A stretch of 58,928 bases of DNA, filler included, from Squatina squatina (lineage: Eukaryota): assembly GCA_031763465.1 (NCBI GenBank). It is 3 parts of 3 records of this genome, joined end to end, with 100 filler letters (N's around TTAATTAATTAA, not from the genome) between each part and the next. Parts side by side here need not be neighbours in the genome. Positions count along the whole stretch, not along the records: positions 16,514 to 37,159 come from JARFOE010000001.1; positions 37,260 to 58,928 come from JARFOE010000013.1; 1 more part is not named here. One strand, 5' to 3'. A program made the position numbers and the translations under genes. The notes under the pieces were generated by a model. The model made no database searches. It was not told where the DNA came from and was given only the letters and a program-made list of their open reading frames with translations. This document shows, piece by piece, positions 25,461 to 37,991 of this stretch; the stretch's first letter is position 1; every line of letters starts with the position of its first letter.

Positions 25461-25981
25461 GGAACAGAAAGACTTCCTTCTGCCCATATGCAAAAGTGAA
25501 TTTATGGCACAAGAGGNNNNNNNNNNNNNNNNNNNNNNNNNNNNNNNNNNNNNNNNNNNNNNNNNNNNNNNNNNNNNNNNNNNNNNNNNNNNNNNNNNNN
25601 NNNNNNNNNNNNNNNNCTGCAATTTTTTTCTTTTAAGTATTTACCCAATTCCCTTTTGAAAGCCATAATTGAATCTGCCTCCACCACCCTTGTTAGCCGC
25701 GTGCTAATTCACTCTGTCGAAGAAGCTAAACTCTCGCAGGGCGCCGTGCTTGCCCACGGAGGTCCTTCACACTTGACAACTTCAGCTTTTTCTTGAGCGG
25801 GGGACTCTTAACCCTTTTTCCTTTCTCTAACACCCCACAAATGAGTGCAAACGAGCATAAGGCAGGGAAAAATTGGCCCCAGTATATTTAAATATAGCCA
25901 CGAAACACCCAAGAAATCAGATGATTTTTCTGATCACTTTCGTTGGCATTTTGGAATAAGCTGTGCCCTTATATTCTCCAG

Positions 25982-26116
25982 GCTGAGAGCTGTTCGAGAG
26001 CAAGTGAGATTTTATAAACAAAAGGTGGATATAGTGGATGACTATGAGCGGCAGATCAGACAACTAAAGGATGAAGTCACTTTCCTATCTGCAGAGAAAT
26101 CCTTGCTGCAAGAAAG
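25982..26116 (+). CDS. SPATA18: SPATA18 internal exon
   Basis: ttctccag acceptor; LRAVREQVRFYKQKVDIVDDYERQIRQLKDEVTFLSAEKSLLQE(R) (cf. human DYKKQLRNLKEEIAVLSAEKSALQGR); GTACAG donor at 26117. Confidence 0.9.
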
Positions 26117-26414
26117 GTACAGCACCTTCACCTCTCCTCACAAACCCCCAGTCTCCATCCGTCTTTAACATTTTCTCCTTATTGAGAACCAGGCTGCGTT
26201 GGTTTCCACAATATCCACTAAACCACTGATTTTCTCCAATATGCAATTGAACTCACATTTTTTATCATCTAGTAGCAGGTAATTTGGAGGACCTCCAATT
26301 AAGGGCAAATGCTAGAAATGGCCTACTTCTTCCAAGATTGTATGAGCTGAGGACTCATTTCTCACATGGGTTTGAATTTTTTAAACTGCCAGTTGACAAT
26401 GGAGTTAAAATTAA

Positions 26415-27062
26415 GGGGGTGATTTTAACCACCAGGCAAAAATCAGGCAGGTGGACTATTTAAAACCACCCAGGTCACTTACCCACCCTGAAGTCTGCAG
26501 GAGGTGACTTGCCACTATTTTAACCTGCTCCGCCGAGCAGGCAGCCAGGATACCCACCCAAAGCCAGTGGGATCCTTTGTAATATATGCATGTTGGGTCC
26601 CAATGATTTCATCAAGATCTGCCTGTAATTGTTACTAGGAGGCCTGAGCGGCAAGTGGCAGTTAGTTTCCCACCAGGCCAAGCCAGCGAAGAAGTGGATC
26701 TGTGCCAGAAGTGACTGAAGAGGTAAGTTTAAGCATTTGTTTTACTTTCCTTGTGAGGCCAGGAATAGCACCAATGCGCCTCCTGTGTTTCCCAGGAATT
26801 TTTGAGCCTCCTGTGCTGTGATCTCTGGGCGATGGCTTGGCAGCCGATCCCACCACTTACCTGGTATCAGTTGGCAGCCTCTGATCCACATGAGTTCCCG
26901 CCGTTTGCTCCCCGGAACGGGTAGGGAGTTGGCCAGCAGCAAATAAATGAACTCCAGGAGTTAAAATAACCCTGGGCCTCTTTTTTTTGCTACAGTGAGT
27001 GAACTTTGAGCTGACACCAGAACTCACCTGTCAACAACTGGCCTGCAGTTAAAACCGGGGCC
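26415..27062. mobile_element. Putative non-autonomous DNA transposon (Harbinger-type MITE)
   Basis: GC-richer block starting TAA|gggggtgattttaac and ending gttaaaaccggggcc (imperfect inverted ends); the same terminus recurs inverted near 37320-37333 (gttaaaattacccc). Confidence 0.4.
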
Positions 27063-28607
27063 TCTGTCCTGCTGAATTCTGAGCTGCACGAACTTTGCCT
27101 CTTTGACGAGCTGCAGGTCAATCAAACTCTTTTTTGAGCAATTGCACACAACACATCATTGGGCAGCAAAGCCGGACCAACTGTGTGGCCCTCAAAAAAC
27201 AGCTGCCAATCTTTGCACCAATCACAGTTAAAAGGAGGGTGATGCTTCCACTAGGTTGAATCCGCATAAAGGGGAAAATCTTTTTGTTTACAGGGGTCAT
27301 GATGCCCTACAGTGCTTCAGTGTGCACCATTTGGTTTTTCTAAACTAATATCCTAAAGGTGTTTGAAATTGGGTATATTAGCAATCTACTCGATATTGAT
27401 TTTGTGTAGGATTTATTACCTGATGAATGAGTTGAGATAAGTGATTTAATTTTAGGGAGTCCAATTTGTGTCAGCTCAATTTAAGTACCTAGATCTTGAA
27501 CCTATGTCAATTAATTTATATATGGATTCTCATTTGAAATGAAGGATATAANNNNNNNNNNNNNNNNNNNNNNNNNNNNNNNNNNNNNNNNNNNNNNNNN
27601 NNNNNNNNNNNNNNNNNNNNNNNNNNNNNNNNNNNNNNNNNNNNNNNNNNNAATTCCTCAGATGAAGCAGAAGTAGACGCTCCACTGCAAGAACCATGGT
27701 GATGCACAGGAAACCTTCCGAAGTGCCCTTTAAGGTAACTTGCAAATGACGAACAAAATTTTATCACTTTCAAACTCTCCGTTGTTTGCTGTGGAACGGC
27801 AAGAGCCAAGACACTCACTCCTCGACCAACTCACCGCTGTGTGGATCGATGTGGCTTTGTAGATGTCAGAAAAAATAGGGCCGCCACTGCAGTGACAGCT
27901 TTTGCTGTCGCTGTTTTCTCCAGACGGCCCCTGCGATTACACAAGGGAATTTTCTGCCTGGTCGCTCAGGGGGCGCTGCGCACGGTGATGATGGCACAAG
28001 CCCGGTGCGCCGCCGAGAAGGACGCCGCGCTAGGCTGCAGAGGCGTCTCCTGTGGATGCCTCCAAAAAACTACCCCCGAATTTACGGTGTGGTGTCCAAG
28101 CCCTCGATTTTTTTGTGTCTATACCGCCTACGCCTGGCAATATAGAGGCGCCTAGACCTACCCATTTTTGGCCCCCAACTATTGCTTTATTGTGGAACCT
28201 TCCTCTGAGCAGACCATACTTCCAGGCTGAGCATTAGCATGCCCCAAGCAACCCAGGCCAAGAAATAACTATAACAGATATATGGAGAAAATATCCACTG
28301 TGCCTCTTTGCCCTAAGGAATTTTTTTGTATTTCACCCTGAACAAATCTATACATCCTGTGAATGTCCCTGTGATTTATGGGGCCTTGCACAAGATCCTC
28401 TGCTAAACATGTACAGGAACAATGTATAAAAAACATATATTTCCCGTGATCCTATGTTTACCCAAAAGGCATTTGTGTGAACATTACAGATGAAACTCTT
28501 GAGTCTGAGAATTAGAGCTATGGAGGTTTGTCAAAATGTGATGCAAAAAAAATACACTTTTGTAATGCCATGATTATAATCTCAGTTAAAGGGACAGTGT
28601 TACACTA

Positions 28608-28833
28608 TAGAATCATGGAACCTTACAGCACAGAAGGAGACCATTCAGTCATTTGAAAGAGCTATCCAGTTAGTCCTGCTCTTTCCCATAGCCCTGCAAT
28701 TTTCTCCCCTTTATCCAATTCCTATATGAAAGTTACGATTGAATCTGCTTCCATTACCCTTTCAGATGCATTCCGGATCATAATAACTTGCTGCATTAAA
28801 AGATTCTCTTCCTCTCATCTCTGGTACTTTTGC
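28608..28833 (-). mobile_element. CR1-like LINE 3' end, degenerate
   Basis: atagaatcatggaaccttacagcacagaaggagaccattcag tail, then an antisense ORF2 C-terminal remnant. Confidence 0.65.
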
Positions 28834-30771
28834 NNNNNNNNNNNNNNNNNNNNNNNNNNNNNNNNNNNNNNNNNNNNNNNNNNNNNNNNNNNNNNNNNNN
28901 NNNNNNNNNNNNNNNNNNNNNNNNNNNNNNNNNTGGGGAACACATTTATCTGTAATGTCATGAAAGTAGGAGTCAGGAAATGGTTCCTTTGTGACCAGCT
29001 TCTCATAAGGATCTAATATTTTCACAAACTATTGTAATAGACTTTGGTATCAATTTTCTAGTCAAATTTATGGGATGCAGTTATAAGAGGACAATGAGCA
29101 AAAATAGGTATAAAATATAATACTGCCATAGCATCAAGTTAACCTACATCACGTGCTTGACATCTGTTTATAGTATTCTTCAATTGAACTGAATAAAATC
29201 TGAGCTGGCTCTAGAATTTTTCTCCTTTACACTTTCGTATTGTAAGATTACAATCCTTCTCTCTGGTTTATTCTGGAGTTAATGTGTTTAAAAGGGCACA
29301 TCTCTGTGTTGTTCTTTTCCTAAATTTGTTGTGAGTTATCTTGAGTCTTACAGCGTTCTCAAAACAGTAAACCTCTTCCTCCAACTTTTTGTAACTCGGG
29401 TAAGGTCTAAAACATTGGCTATTTCACTCCAGGCATTACAATGACGTGGGAAGTTGTGTCAGAGACTCTGTAATGTATTCCTGACCTGGAAACCTTTCTC
29501 ATTGAAGTATGTAGTGAGTTCAGGTTTCCATGCACTTTTGGAAAACTTACATCCATTTAAAACTCATTCAAATAGTAAGTGGTTAATTTTTAAGGTGGCA
29601 AATCAGTATATTTTCACTTAACTAGCTATCTTGGATTACCTTTGGTCATGAATTATGAAGTAAGAATGTGACCTATGCATTCTTATGTGCTGTTTACTGC
29701 CAAAAATGCCTTACCAGGACCACGCAGGATGCTTTCCCCCAGCCTGTTATCAATATGCTTAGTGCTGAAAGGTTGTCTCTCTTGTTCTGTTGAAAAATTA
29801 CTTTAAGGTGGTTGAAATTGAAAATGATTTTCTGTCGTACATGTATTCCCCTTATAGTCTACTTNNNNNNNNNNNNNNNNNNNNNNNNNNNNNNNNNNNN
29901 NNNNNNNNNNNNNNNNNNNNNNNNNNNNNNNNNNNNNNNNNNNNNNNNNNNNNNNNNNNNNNNNTGACTGAGCTGATATCAAGAGTACCACAAATAGCTG
30001 CAGGGATTGAACATCTGGCTCAATCTTCTGAGGTGAGCCTTTTCTGGCTGACCTCCTTTAGACTGTTGTGTATGAAGAAAACAGGAAGATCTCTTCATCT
30101 CATTTTCCCTCCACTTTTACTCCATCTCCAGCTGCTTACATCAAGTTTATTATTCCTGAAATTTCCTTTCAAAACACCATTTTAGGAAACATGAGTCGCA
30201 AGTTTTTTATTGAAGTGGTCTCTTTGTAATTTGACTTAAGCACCTCTCTTAAACATTCCTCACTTCCCATCCCAAGACAAACACACTTCTGTAAAGCATC
30301 TATGCGGCTTCCTTTCAATAAAAATTGTCATTCTTTCACCAGAGAAAGGAGAATGAACTTGAATTCCCCAAACCCTGGGGTTTAACCATAACTGAATGAA
30401 ACATACTCAGAATTACATCTGTTTACCATCAGTACACTGTAAGACAAAAAAAGTCTTTGAAGTCCAATTTTAGGTGTTGTGAAATTTTGTAACCTAGCTG
30501 GTATACACTTGATCTTACTTAGGTAACTAAGAACACTACAGAAGACTTTGCCACATAATTTTTTTCAACTTTCTGATGAAAGCATTAAAGTATAACATTG
30601 TATGAGCTCATTTTATGTCTCACTCTACTGAACATTTGGGTAACAGAACCAGTAGATTTAGAGGGGTGCATATTCTGTTGGATTGTTATTGATGTAAATG
30701 ATAATAATCATTTCAGAACATTTTATTTGTGAAATAAATGCCAATTTTAACCACTGCAGAAGACTAAGTAA

Positions 30772-31035
30772 GTGTCAGCTTGCTTATTTGCAGCACTCTC
30801 ACCTGAGTGAAAAGGTTATGGTTTCAAGCCCCACCACAGACAGGAGCACATAATATGGGCTGATATTTCAGTGCAGTAGAGAGGGAGTACTACATTGTCT
30901 TACAGATGAGAAATTAAATGGAGGCCCTGTCTGCCTACTTCAGTGGACATAAAAAAATCTCATGGCACTATTTGAAGAAAAATAGGGAGTTCTTCTAGTA
31001 TGCTGACCAACATTCCTCCCTCAACCACCACCAAA
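30772..31035 (+). mobile_element. tRNA-head, Deu-domain SINE (SacSINE1/AmnSINE1-like), degenerate
   Basis: B-box-like ggtttcaagccc, then Deu core blocks ttcagtgcagtagagagggagt, cagatgag, gaggccctgtctgcc, catggcactatttgaagaa. Confidence 0.75.
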
Positions 31036-31327
31036 AAGGTTTAGGGGCCCCAACTGGATTGTGCCACGCTGGCAACTTAAGCAGAAGAAAATGTGTGAAA
31101 TTTGCGCCGTTTCTGCGCCCCTGGATTATGTCAGGATATTGGGCTCTTTAGTTTAATTTTTCAGGCGGATTCTAAATGGGGCTTAAAATCAGCATAACTA
31201 GGAGCAGGTGCAGTGTTGAGTGGGTGANNNNNNNNNNNNNNNNNNNNNNNNNNNNNNNNNNNNNNNNNNNNNNNNNNNNNNNNNNNNNNNNNNNNNNNNN
31301 NNNNNNNNNNNNNNNNNNNNNNNNNNN

Positions 31328-31574
31328 ACCGAGACTGGTCTGCTCCAGTTACACCGAGACTGGTCTGCTCCAGTTACACCGAGACTGGTCTGCTCCAGTT
31401 ACACCGAGACTGGTCTGCTCCAGTTACACAGAGACTGGTCTGCTCCAGTTACACAGAGACTGGTCTGCTCCAGTTACACAGAGACTGGACTGCTCCAGTT
31501 ACACAGAGACTGTCTGCTCCAGTTACACTGAGACTGGTCTGCTCCAGTTACACCGAGACTGTCTGCTCCAGTTA
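31328..31574. repeat. 25-bp minisatellite (ACCGAGACTGGTCTGCTCCAGTTAC)n, about 10 copies, open at the gap
   Basis: Period of 25 directly visible; the last units carry single-base variants or deletions. Confidence 0.97.
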
Positions 31575-31589
31575 TTCTAAGATTGTCTG

Positions 31590-32150
31590 TGGTCTCACAC
31601 CAACAGCACTGTAAATGAGTGGTAGCCTTTGCAGTTACAGAAGGTCTCAGCATTGTTATGCCTGGCACCCTGCACCATGGTATACGCGACTATCCTGGCA
31701 AAGCCAAATGCCTGCTCGTGCTTCTTCTCTCTGGTGATGGGGAAGGATATGTAGTCCCTTCTCCTACTGTTAAGAGCCTCTGTTACCTCCCAGTTGCAAC
31801 AATGGACGGCTAACTGCGAGATCCTAGCAATGTCTGCCGTTGTAGTCTGGATCGATCCGCTCGCAAAGAAATTGAGAGCAACGATCACCTTTTCTGCCTC
31901 TGAGAGATCTGATCCGAGTCTGGAGGTCTGATTTCAGGAGATAACAAAGCTCTGTGACCACCTCCTTCGTGAAACAAACCCTTCTATTACTTTGCTCCTC
32001 GCTTCATTGGATCTAGCAGAAGTGCTCTCGGTATATCCTCGGAGGGCAAGGCCTTCTGTTGAGTGCCGTGATGGCCTTCCTCCTCCCTTTTGGCCTGTGT
32101 TCCAGTCTTTCTTGCTGCCTCTGCTCCCTCTGCCGTAGATCCTGGAGGGC
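31590..32150 (-). mobile_element. PIF/Harbinger transposase fragment, disrupted
   Basis: KVIVALNFFASGSIQTTTADIARISQLAVHCCNWEVTEAL..YISFP..GFARI..VQGA..NCKGYHSFTVLLV; the catalytic IDCTH motif expected after VQGA is deleted. Confidence 0.85.
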
Positions 32151-35100
32151 TAGGTCAACTGTCAGTACAGCGCCAATTAATGTTACCAAGTGTGGCAGTT
32201 TCAGTGTTTGAACAATAAATGTAACTACATTTTAATTGCCACAAAATTCCTGATGCTAAAGAACCTTGCAGTTACTGAATGAAACTCTTCAAAAACATTT
32301 GACAGACTTTCCATTATATCTTTTACTTGAAATAGTCCTACTCTTGTTGTCAAAAAGCATTTTCACATCTAAAACTTTCATTAACATATCTCTGGGTTCA
32401 GATTAATTATTGTGATACTGACTCAGGCCACAAGAGTGGGAAGAATAAAGGATTAATGGGAGATACATTCTACGTAAGGCGTTGTGGAGAAAGCAGCCTG
32501 TCAGCAATACAAATCATCTGGTTCTCCTGCTAAGTGTCTTGGCACACTGTACTTCAGCTAATAAATCAAGGGAGACAAAAAGAAGAAAGTTCATGGCTCT
32601 TCATACACAAATCATTCCAGTTTGAGAGTTCACCAGGGATGCAAGAATAACTAAGTACGAAGCAAAGACAAACAATTAAAAATGTCAGCTTTTAATCGTT
32701 AAAGGGGCACTGTCTTCAAGAAAGGTCGCAACCACCAGTTTCTTGCTGGTTTTTCTGCAATTTGAAAAGAATAGACAGTGCCAACATCTCCTGCTACCAG
32801 CTACATGGCCTGTAGAATTTGGAATGAAAAGGAAACATACTATGAAATATGGTAACTTTTCAGTGTAATATTAAATAATGATAATTGTAATGGCTTGCTT
32901 TGAACTCTACTCCTGTTTCTCAGCCATTCCATGAAAGCTTCTCCTTCTGTAGGATCAGATGTCTGTACAGATTGCTTGCACTGTTGGTGTTTCACTGTTT
33001 GCTGCTATCTCAGCAGTATGATATTTATTAATGTTGCAATGCCTGGAGCCTGTTCTGGAACATGTGGTCATGCTGTTTACGGCAATTTTTATATCAATAA
33101 AGAATTTTATTATGAATAAACACATCTTTAAAACAATACAGCAAAGCATGAAATGTGTCAAATTGGCTTGGATCTTATGGCTATGGATAATCTCCGTGGT
33201 GTCATTCTATTTTGTTGTTGCAGCGTTTTCATGTAACAATATCTACACGTGTTCCCCTGGTATACAGTCAAATAAAGTGACATAGAATCAAAAGGAATGC
33301 CTACTTTCTGGCTATTTTAGCCACTGCACAGAAAACCTAACTGGATGAAACCTCACTCTGTTAAAGAAAATACACCAGTTTCTGGTACATTATTTTATTA
33401 AAAATCTTTTTTCTCTTAAACGTAATTTTTCAAAAACATTCAGTCAAAAGCTAGCATGCAGTACTTCAAATAAAGAAATTGTAAAACTTACTTAATAAAA
33501 AGTATATTCCAGATTCCCTGATTTGTAGAAACAAAGGTTTAGGTAGGAGTAGTCCCGGATGTGGTTGGCCTTGTCAATACTGTAAAAAAAATGAGACTTA
33601 AGGGACTCTTATTCATATGTTGTCAGTTAATAGGAGATATCACACTCAAACTATAACTGTTACATCTGCAAAATAAAATAGTGAGCTGTTCCACATTGAG
33701 TAATAAGGGAATTCATTCTAGTTATCTTCAGCCAACAATATGCTGCTGTTGCCAATTCAAACTGACAGGATATGCCAAAAGAGAAATTAACTGAACTAAA
33801 CTGAGCCTGTTTGACCATGAAGTTTCCTGTCAGTAACTTTCATATGGCACAGTGACAGAAGCAATACATTTTTTTTCAATCCAGAGTTTTACATTTTTTT
33901 CACGGCGCTTTAAAAACAGTGAATATCCTTTCACTCAAAGGGTGTATTTCTAACCTTCTCCAATTGTGGAAAATGGTTGATAACAAATCGGCAGCCTGTT
34001 CACAACCCACCTGATTTTCTTTTTTATTGACTTCAATGGAAAAGAAGCAACAGTGAGTTTAAATGGGCTGCTGCTTCACTTCTGCCGAAGACCAATTTCA
34101 TCCCATTTACCCATTTCATCCATGGGTATTGGTCAAACTTGGGAACTGGTTAGATGGACCTCGGTGGTCTTTCCTTTTTCCATATATCTCTGTGTTTGTG
34201 TGAGGAAAAACTGAAACAAATAATTTTTAAAAAGAGGCTGTCATTAACTGCTCAGTCTTGTGTGTGTGTATATGTAAGACTTGTCTATTATTTTAACCAG
34301 TAGGAATATTTTATATTGTATATATTAAATGTAGCTCATNNNNNNNNNNNNNNNNNNNNNNNNNNNNNNNNNNNNNNNNNNNNNNNNNNNNNNNNNNNNN
34401 NNNNNNNNNNNNNNNNNNNNNNNNNNNNNNNNNNNNNNNAAAAACAAAACAACAGAAGAATACAGCATGGAGGTCTATGGTCAGAGTATTCCCAGGTGAG
34501 GAGTGAACTAACAGGGACAACATCGCCTTAGCCTGCAGGCCAAGAAAGTTTAGAAAGGAGTATGAAGGTTTTTCTGAAAGTCTGCAGCACACCTGACTGG
34601 TGAAAAGGAATGAAACCGAAGAACTGTCACTCAGATGTCAGACTGCAAACTCTGAGCAGCAAACGCCACAAACCTCACAGTGCATCTGGAATGCAGCTGC
34701 AATCTATTTCCTGCCTGAAGCAATAGCCTTCACTTTTTTTAACACAAGACAAATTGAATTGCAGGGCACTCGTTTGCCAACATCCATTCGGCCGGGCCTG
34801 TCGTTTCACCCAATTGACCCTGTGCTCTCAGCTTTAAATGAGAAGTTAATCCGTCTCTGACCCTAAGCATATTGTTCATGTTTGTGTTAAGAGACAAGCC
34901 AAGTACAGCAAGGTATTCAGAAACAGTGGGGTACATTTTCCTCCATTTGCTAATGTCAGCAAAAAAGTATAAAATAGGTACTGTTCTTTATACTCACACA
35001 GGGCTTTTTACTAACATTAGGGAATGGAAGAAAATATAACCTCCAAGTTCTAAAGAGGCACTGTCTACATTAAATGTGTTTGGCCAACTTTTCTTTCCTG

Positions 35101-36809
35101 TTGATTTGAGAAGTTGGAGATGTATTCACCATTTTCACCATGACAACNNNNNNNNNNNNNNNNNNNNNNNNNNNNNNNNNNNNNNNNNNNNNNNNNNNNN
35201 NNNNNNNNNNNNNNNNNNNNNNNNNNNNNNNNNNNNNNNNNNNNNNNGTAGTGTTTTCCTTTGGATAGCTGTTATTGTGCTTTGGAAGTTAAGGAGTATC
35301 TCAATGTGTCAGGGGTCCCTGGGAATGTATCAATACTTGCGGAGAGTCCCCACACACGGAAGTTCATTAGTTCATGGGCGACTAGATTTTTGTAATCCAA
35401 GATTGAATGGAAAAAGAACAACTTTAATAAGGTTTAAAAACTTAAAGCTCCCATTTCTTCTGAATGCCGGGCTATGGCAGCTTTTTAGCTTCCAGTACCT
35501 TATCCGTGTTGTTATTCCTCATGAATGAGCTTTGATAGTGAGTGTAGGCAGGCTATTTGACTGTGGAGGCATTACAGCTGAGTCTAAACCTCTCCACATT
35601 AGGGCAGAGGCCTCTGTTGCACCTTCACAAGTGCAGAGCATCCGCCCCAAGTATGTAAATCCATACGCTGGCACCTTGTACCCCATGCTTAATCTTTTTC
35701 TTCTTGCTATCCCAGAGGCAGTGCTGTCAAGTGCAGGACCCCTTTGGCCACTACAAACAAGACCATCAAACTCAGCACAGACTGGAGATTGGCCCTAGGA
35801 ACCTCCTGCTCCACATGGCGCAGTATAGCACCAGGCTGTGCACATTGCTCTTTTTATATCGTGGGCACTTGCCAAACAAAGACAGACTGTCCTCAGAACC
35901 CTGTGATGGAGTCTGGCTTATACTGTTGTCATGGTGCATTATTGTGCTGTCACAATGAGACCTGGCAACATACAAGGCTACTTTCATGATACAAGCCTTT
36001 ATCTTCTGACCATTAACCAAGTATTAACATGAAGTGCGCTGCAATGCAATGTAATAACTACAGGAAAAATTAGTTAATTTTTTTGATTAGGGTAAATCAA
36101 AACATTTGATTCTATTTGATTCTAATCAAAAAGTTTTAGATCTTGAAAAGGTTTTTCAGTTACTTGTGATTTTTTTTTCAATATAAGTTGGTGGGCAATA
36201 TAGTCCATTGGAAATGNNNNNNNNNNNNNNNNNNNNNNNNNNNNNNNNNNNNNNNNNNNNNNNNNNNNNNNNNNNNNNNNNNNNNNNNNNNNNNNNNNNN
36301 NNNNNNNNNNNNNNNNNNNNNNNNNNNNNNNNNNNNNNNNNNNNNNNNNNNNNNNNNNNNNNNNNNNNNNNNNNNNNNNNNNNNNNNNNCTCAGCAAGAT
36401 AGATATCCAAGCAATGAAAAACAGCTGGAAAATTCTATCATGTTTTATTGAATTTTCATACTCCCAATCTGTCTGGACTGTATGTAAGGCAAACTTGCAC
36501 TACAGCGTAAACAAGTCCACTGGTTGACTCTGGAACAGGAAGATGTGATCAATTGGAATCTGGATACAATTAACATTTTTAGAGCCTTCAGCAGAGCTTA
36601 GTGAGCATTCCTGTCAATACATTCAATCTGAACAATTTAAATTTAGGCTCCTCCCTACTCAATCTGCACTTGGGAAGCAGTGCTGTGCAACAGGTCATTT
36701 TTCTTTCTTGACTGAATTTGGTAGCAATGTTGTTGCAAGTTTGATCATTAATCACCAGAAGACTGCTAAACGTCTAAACTGTCTACGTTATACGTGAGTA
36801 CCTTATGTG

Positions 36810-37159
36810 GTATCAAGATCCACGGCGAGCCCCTGGACAACGTGGATCACTTTCCACACCTTGGGAGTCTCCTCTCAGCGAGGGAAGACATAGACAACGA
36901 AATCCAACACCGCCTCCAGTGTGCCAGCAGAGCCTTCGGCCGCTTGAGGAAAAGAGTGTTTGAAGATAAGGACCTCAAACCCGACACTAAGCTCATGTCT
37001 ACAGGGCAGCAGTGATACCCGCCCTCCTGTATGCGTCGGAGACAGGGATAATATACAGTAGACACCTCAAAGCACTGGAGAAGTACCACCAACGCTACCT
37101 CTGCAAAATTCTGCAATTGCACTGACAGGATAGGCGTACCAATGTCAGCGTCCTTTCTC
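36810..37159 (+). mobile_element. RTE-clade LINE reverse-transcriptase C-terminal fragment
   Basis: IKIHGEPLDNVDHFPHLGSLLSAREDIDNEIQHRLQCASRAFGRLRKRVFED..TKLM, then frameshifted YRAAVIPALLYASET..LEKYHQRYLCKIL. Confidence 0.9.
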
Positions 37160-37259
37160 NNNNNNNNNNNNNNNNNNNNNNNNNNNNNNNNNNNNNNNNN
37201 NNNTTAATTAATTAANNNNNNNNNNNNNNNNNNNNNNNNNNNNNNNNNNNNNNNNNNNN
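37160..37259. other. Artificial scaffold-join linker (N44-TTAATTAATTAA-N44)
   Basis: Identical to 16414-16513; 12-mer at 37204-37215; synteny block changes across it. Confidence 0.95.
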
Positions 37260-37859
37260 GAGTAAGTCCTTTACAGCGATTTTAACTCCCTGCCCGCCCA
37301 TTTCCACCGGGTAAGCATGGTTAAAATTACCCCTCGAGACTGGTACTTGTAGCATAACTGCTACTGTAATCATCAAAACATAACGTTCCTCATTGGCTGA
37401 CTGACTTAAAATGTTATTTCCCGCATGATTAATTATGAGTATCGTGCTTCTGCTACATCTTTTGACCACATTATACAGCCCCTAAAACTCTGATGACCAG
37501 TATACATTTGATTTAACATCTATTAGATAACAAAAATTTGAACAAGCAACAGAAATTTTGGTTGCCAAGCTAATAATTTTAGAGATAAACCACTGATCAC
37601 CATTTGAAAAAAATAAACATTAAGCTTTACATAAATAATTAATTGATGTAACTCTCCTTTCATATACTTCTATTTTATAATGTAACCCAATATGGCTATG
37701 CATAAAGTAGAGGCACACCTTAGAAGTTTATATTATTCCTAAAGAGAAATATTGCAATAACCTGCAAAGTATTGCTTCTTTTATTCAGAATCTTTAAAAT
37801 CTAGGCTGTTGCACACTGCTGGCTAAGCAATGAAATCTGTTTCTTCTTATCCCACTTAC

Positions 37860-37991
37860 CTCTTCATAAATGTTACAGTATACATTAGTCGAGGTGTACA
37901 AATCATTGGCTGGTCTGTGAGGATGGCTTTCATAGCTTCTTTCACACAGTACTCTGGTTTCAAAGGCGGAAGAAAGGGCTCAAATTCTTTC
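37860..37991 (-). CDS. RDH10: Retinol dehydrogenase 10, penultimate exon
   Basis: tcttgcag acceptor; (R)[43 protein letters not shown](S); GTAAGT donor; divergent from RPL7 as in human. Confidence 0.95.

Noticed and set aside
27790-28160. CpG-rich patches as promoters or CpG islands (also 24503-24715 and 54788-55360)
   Set aside because: Short, intronic or next to gaps, and not at any first exon; more likely young transposon remnants
31328-31574. CRISPR-like array or repeat-protein ORFs
   Set aside because: Units are head-to-tail with no unique spacers, the context is eukaryotic, and the 25-nt period cycles through reading frames
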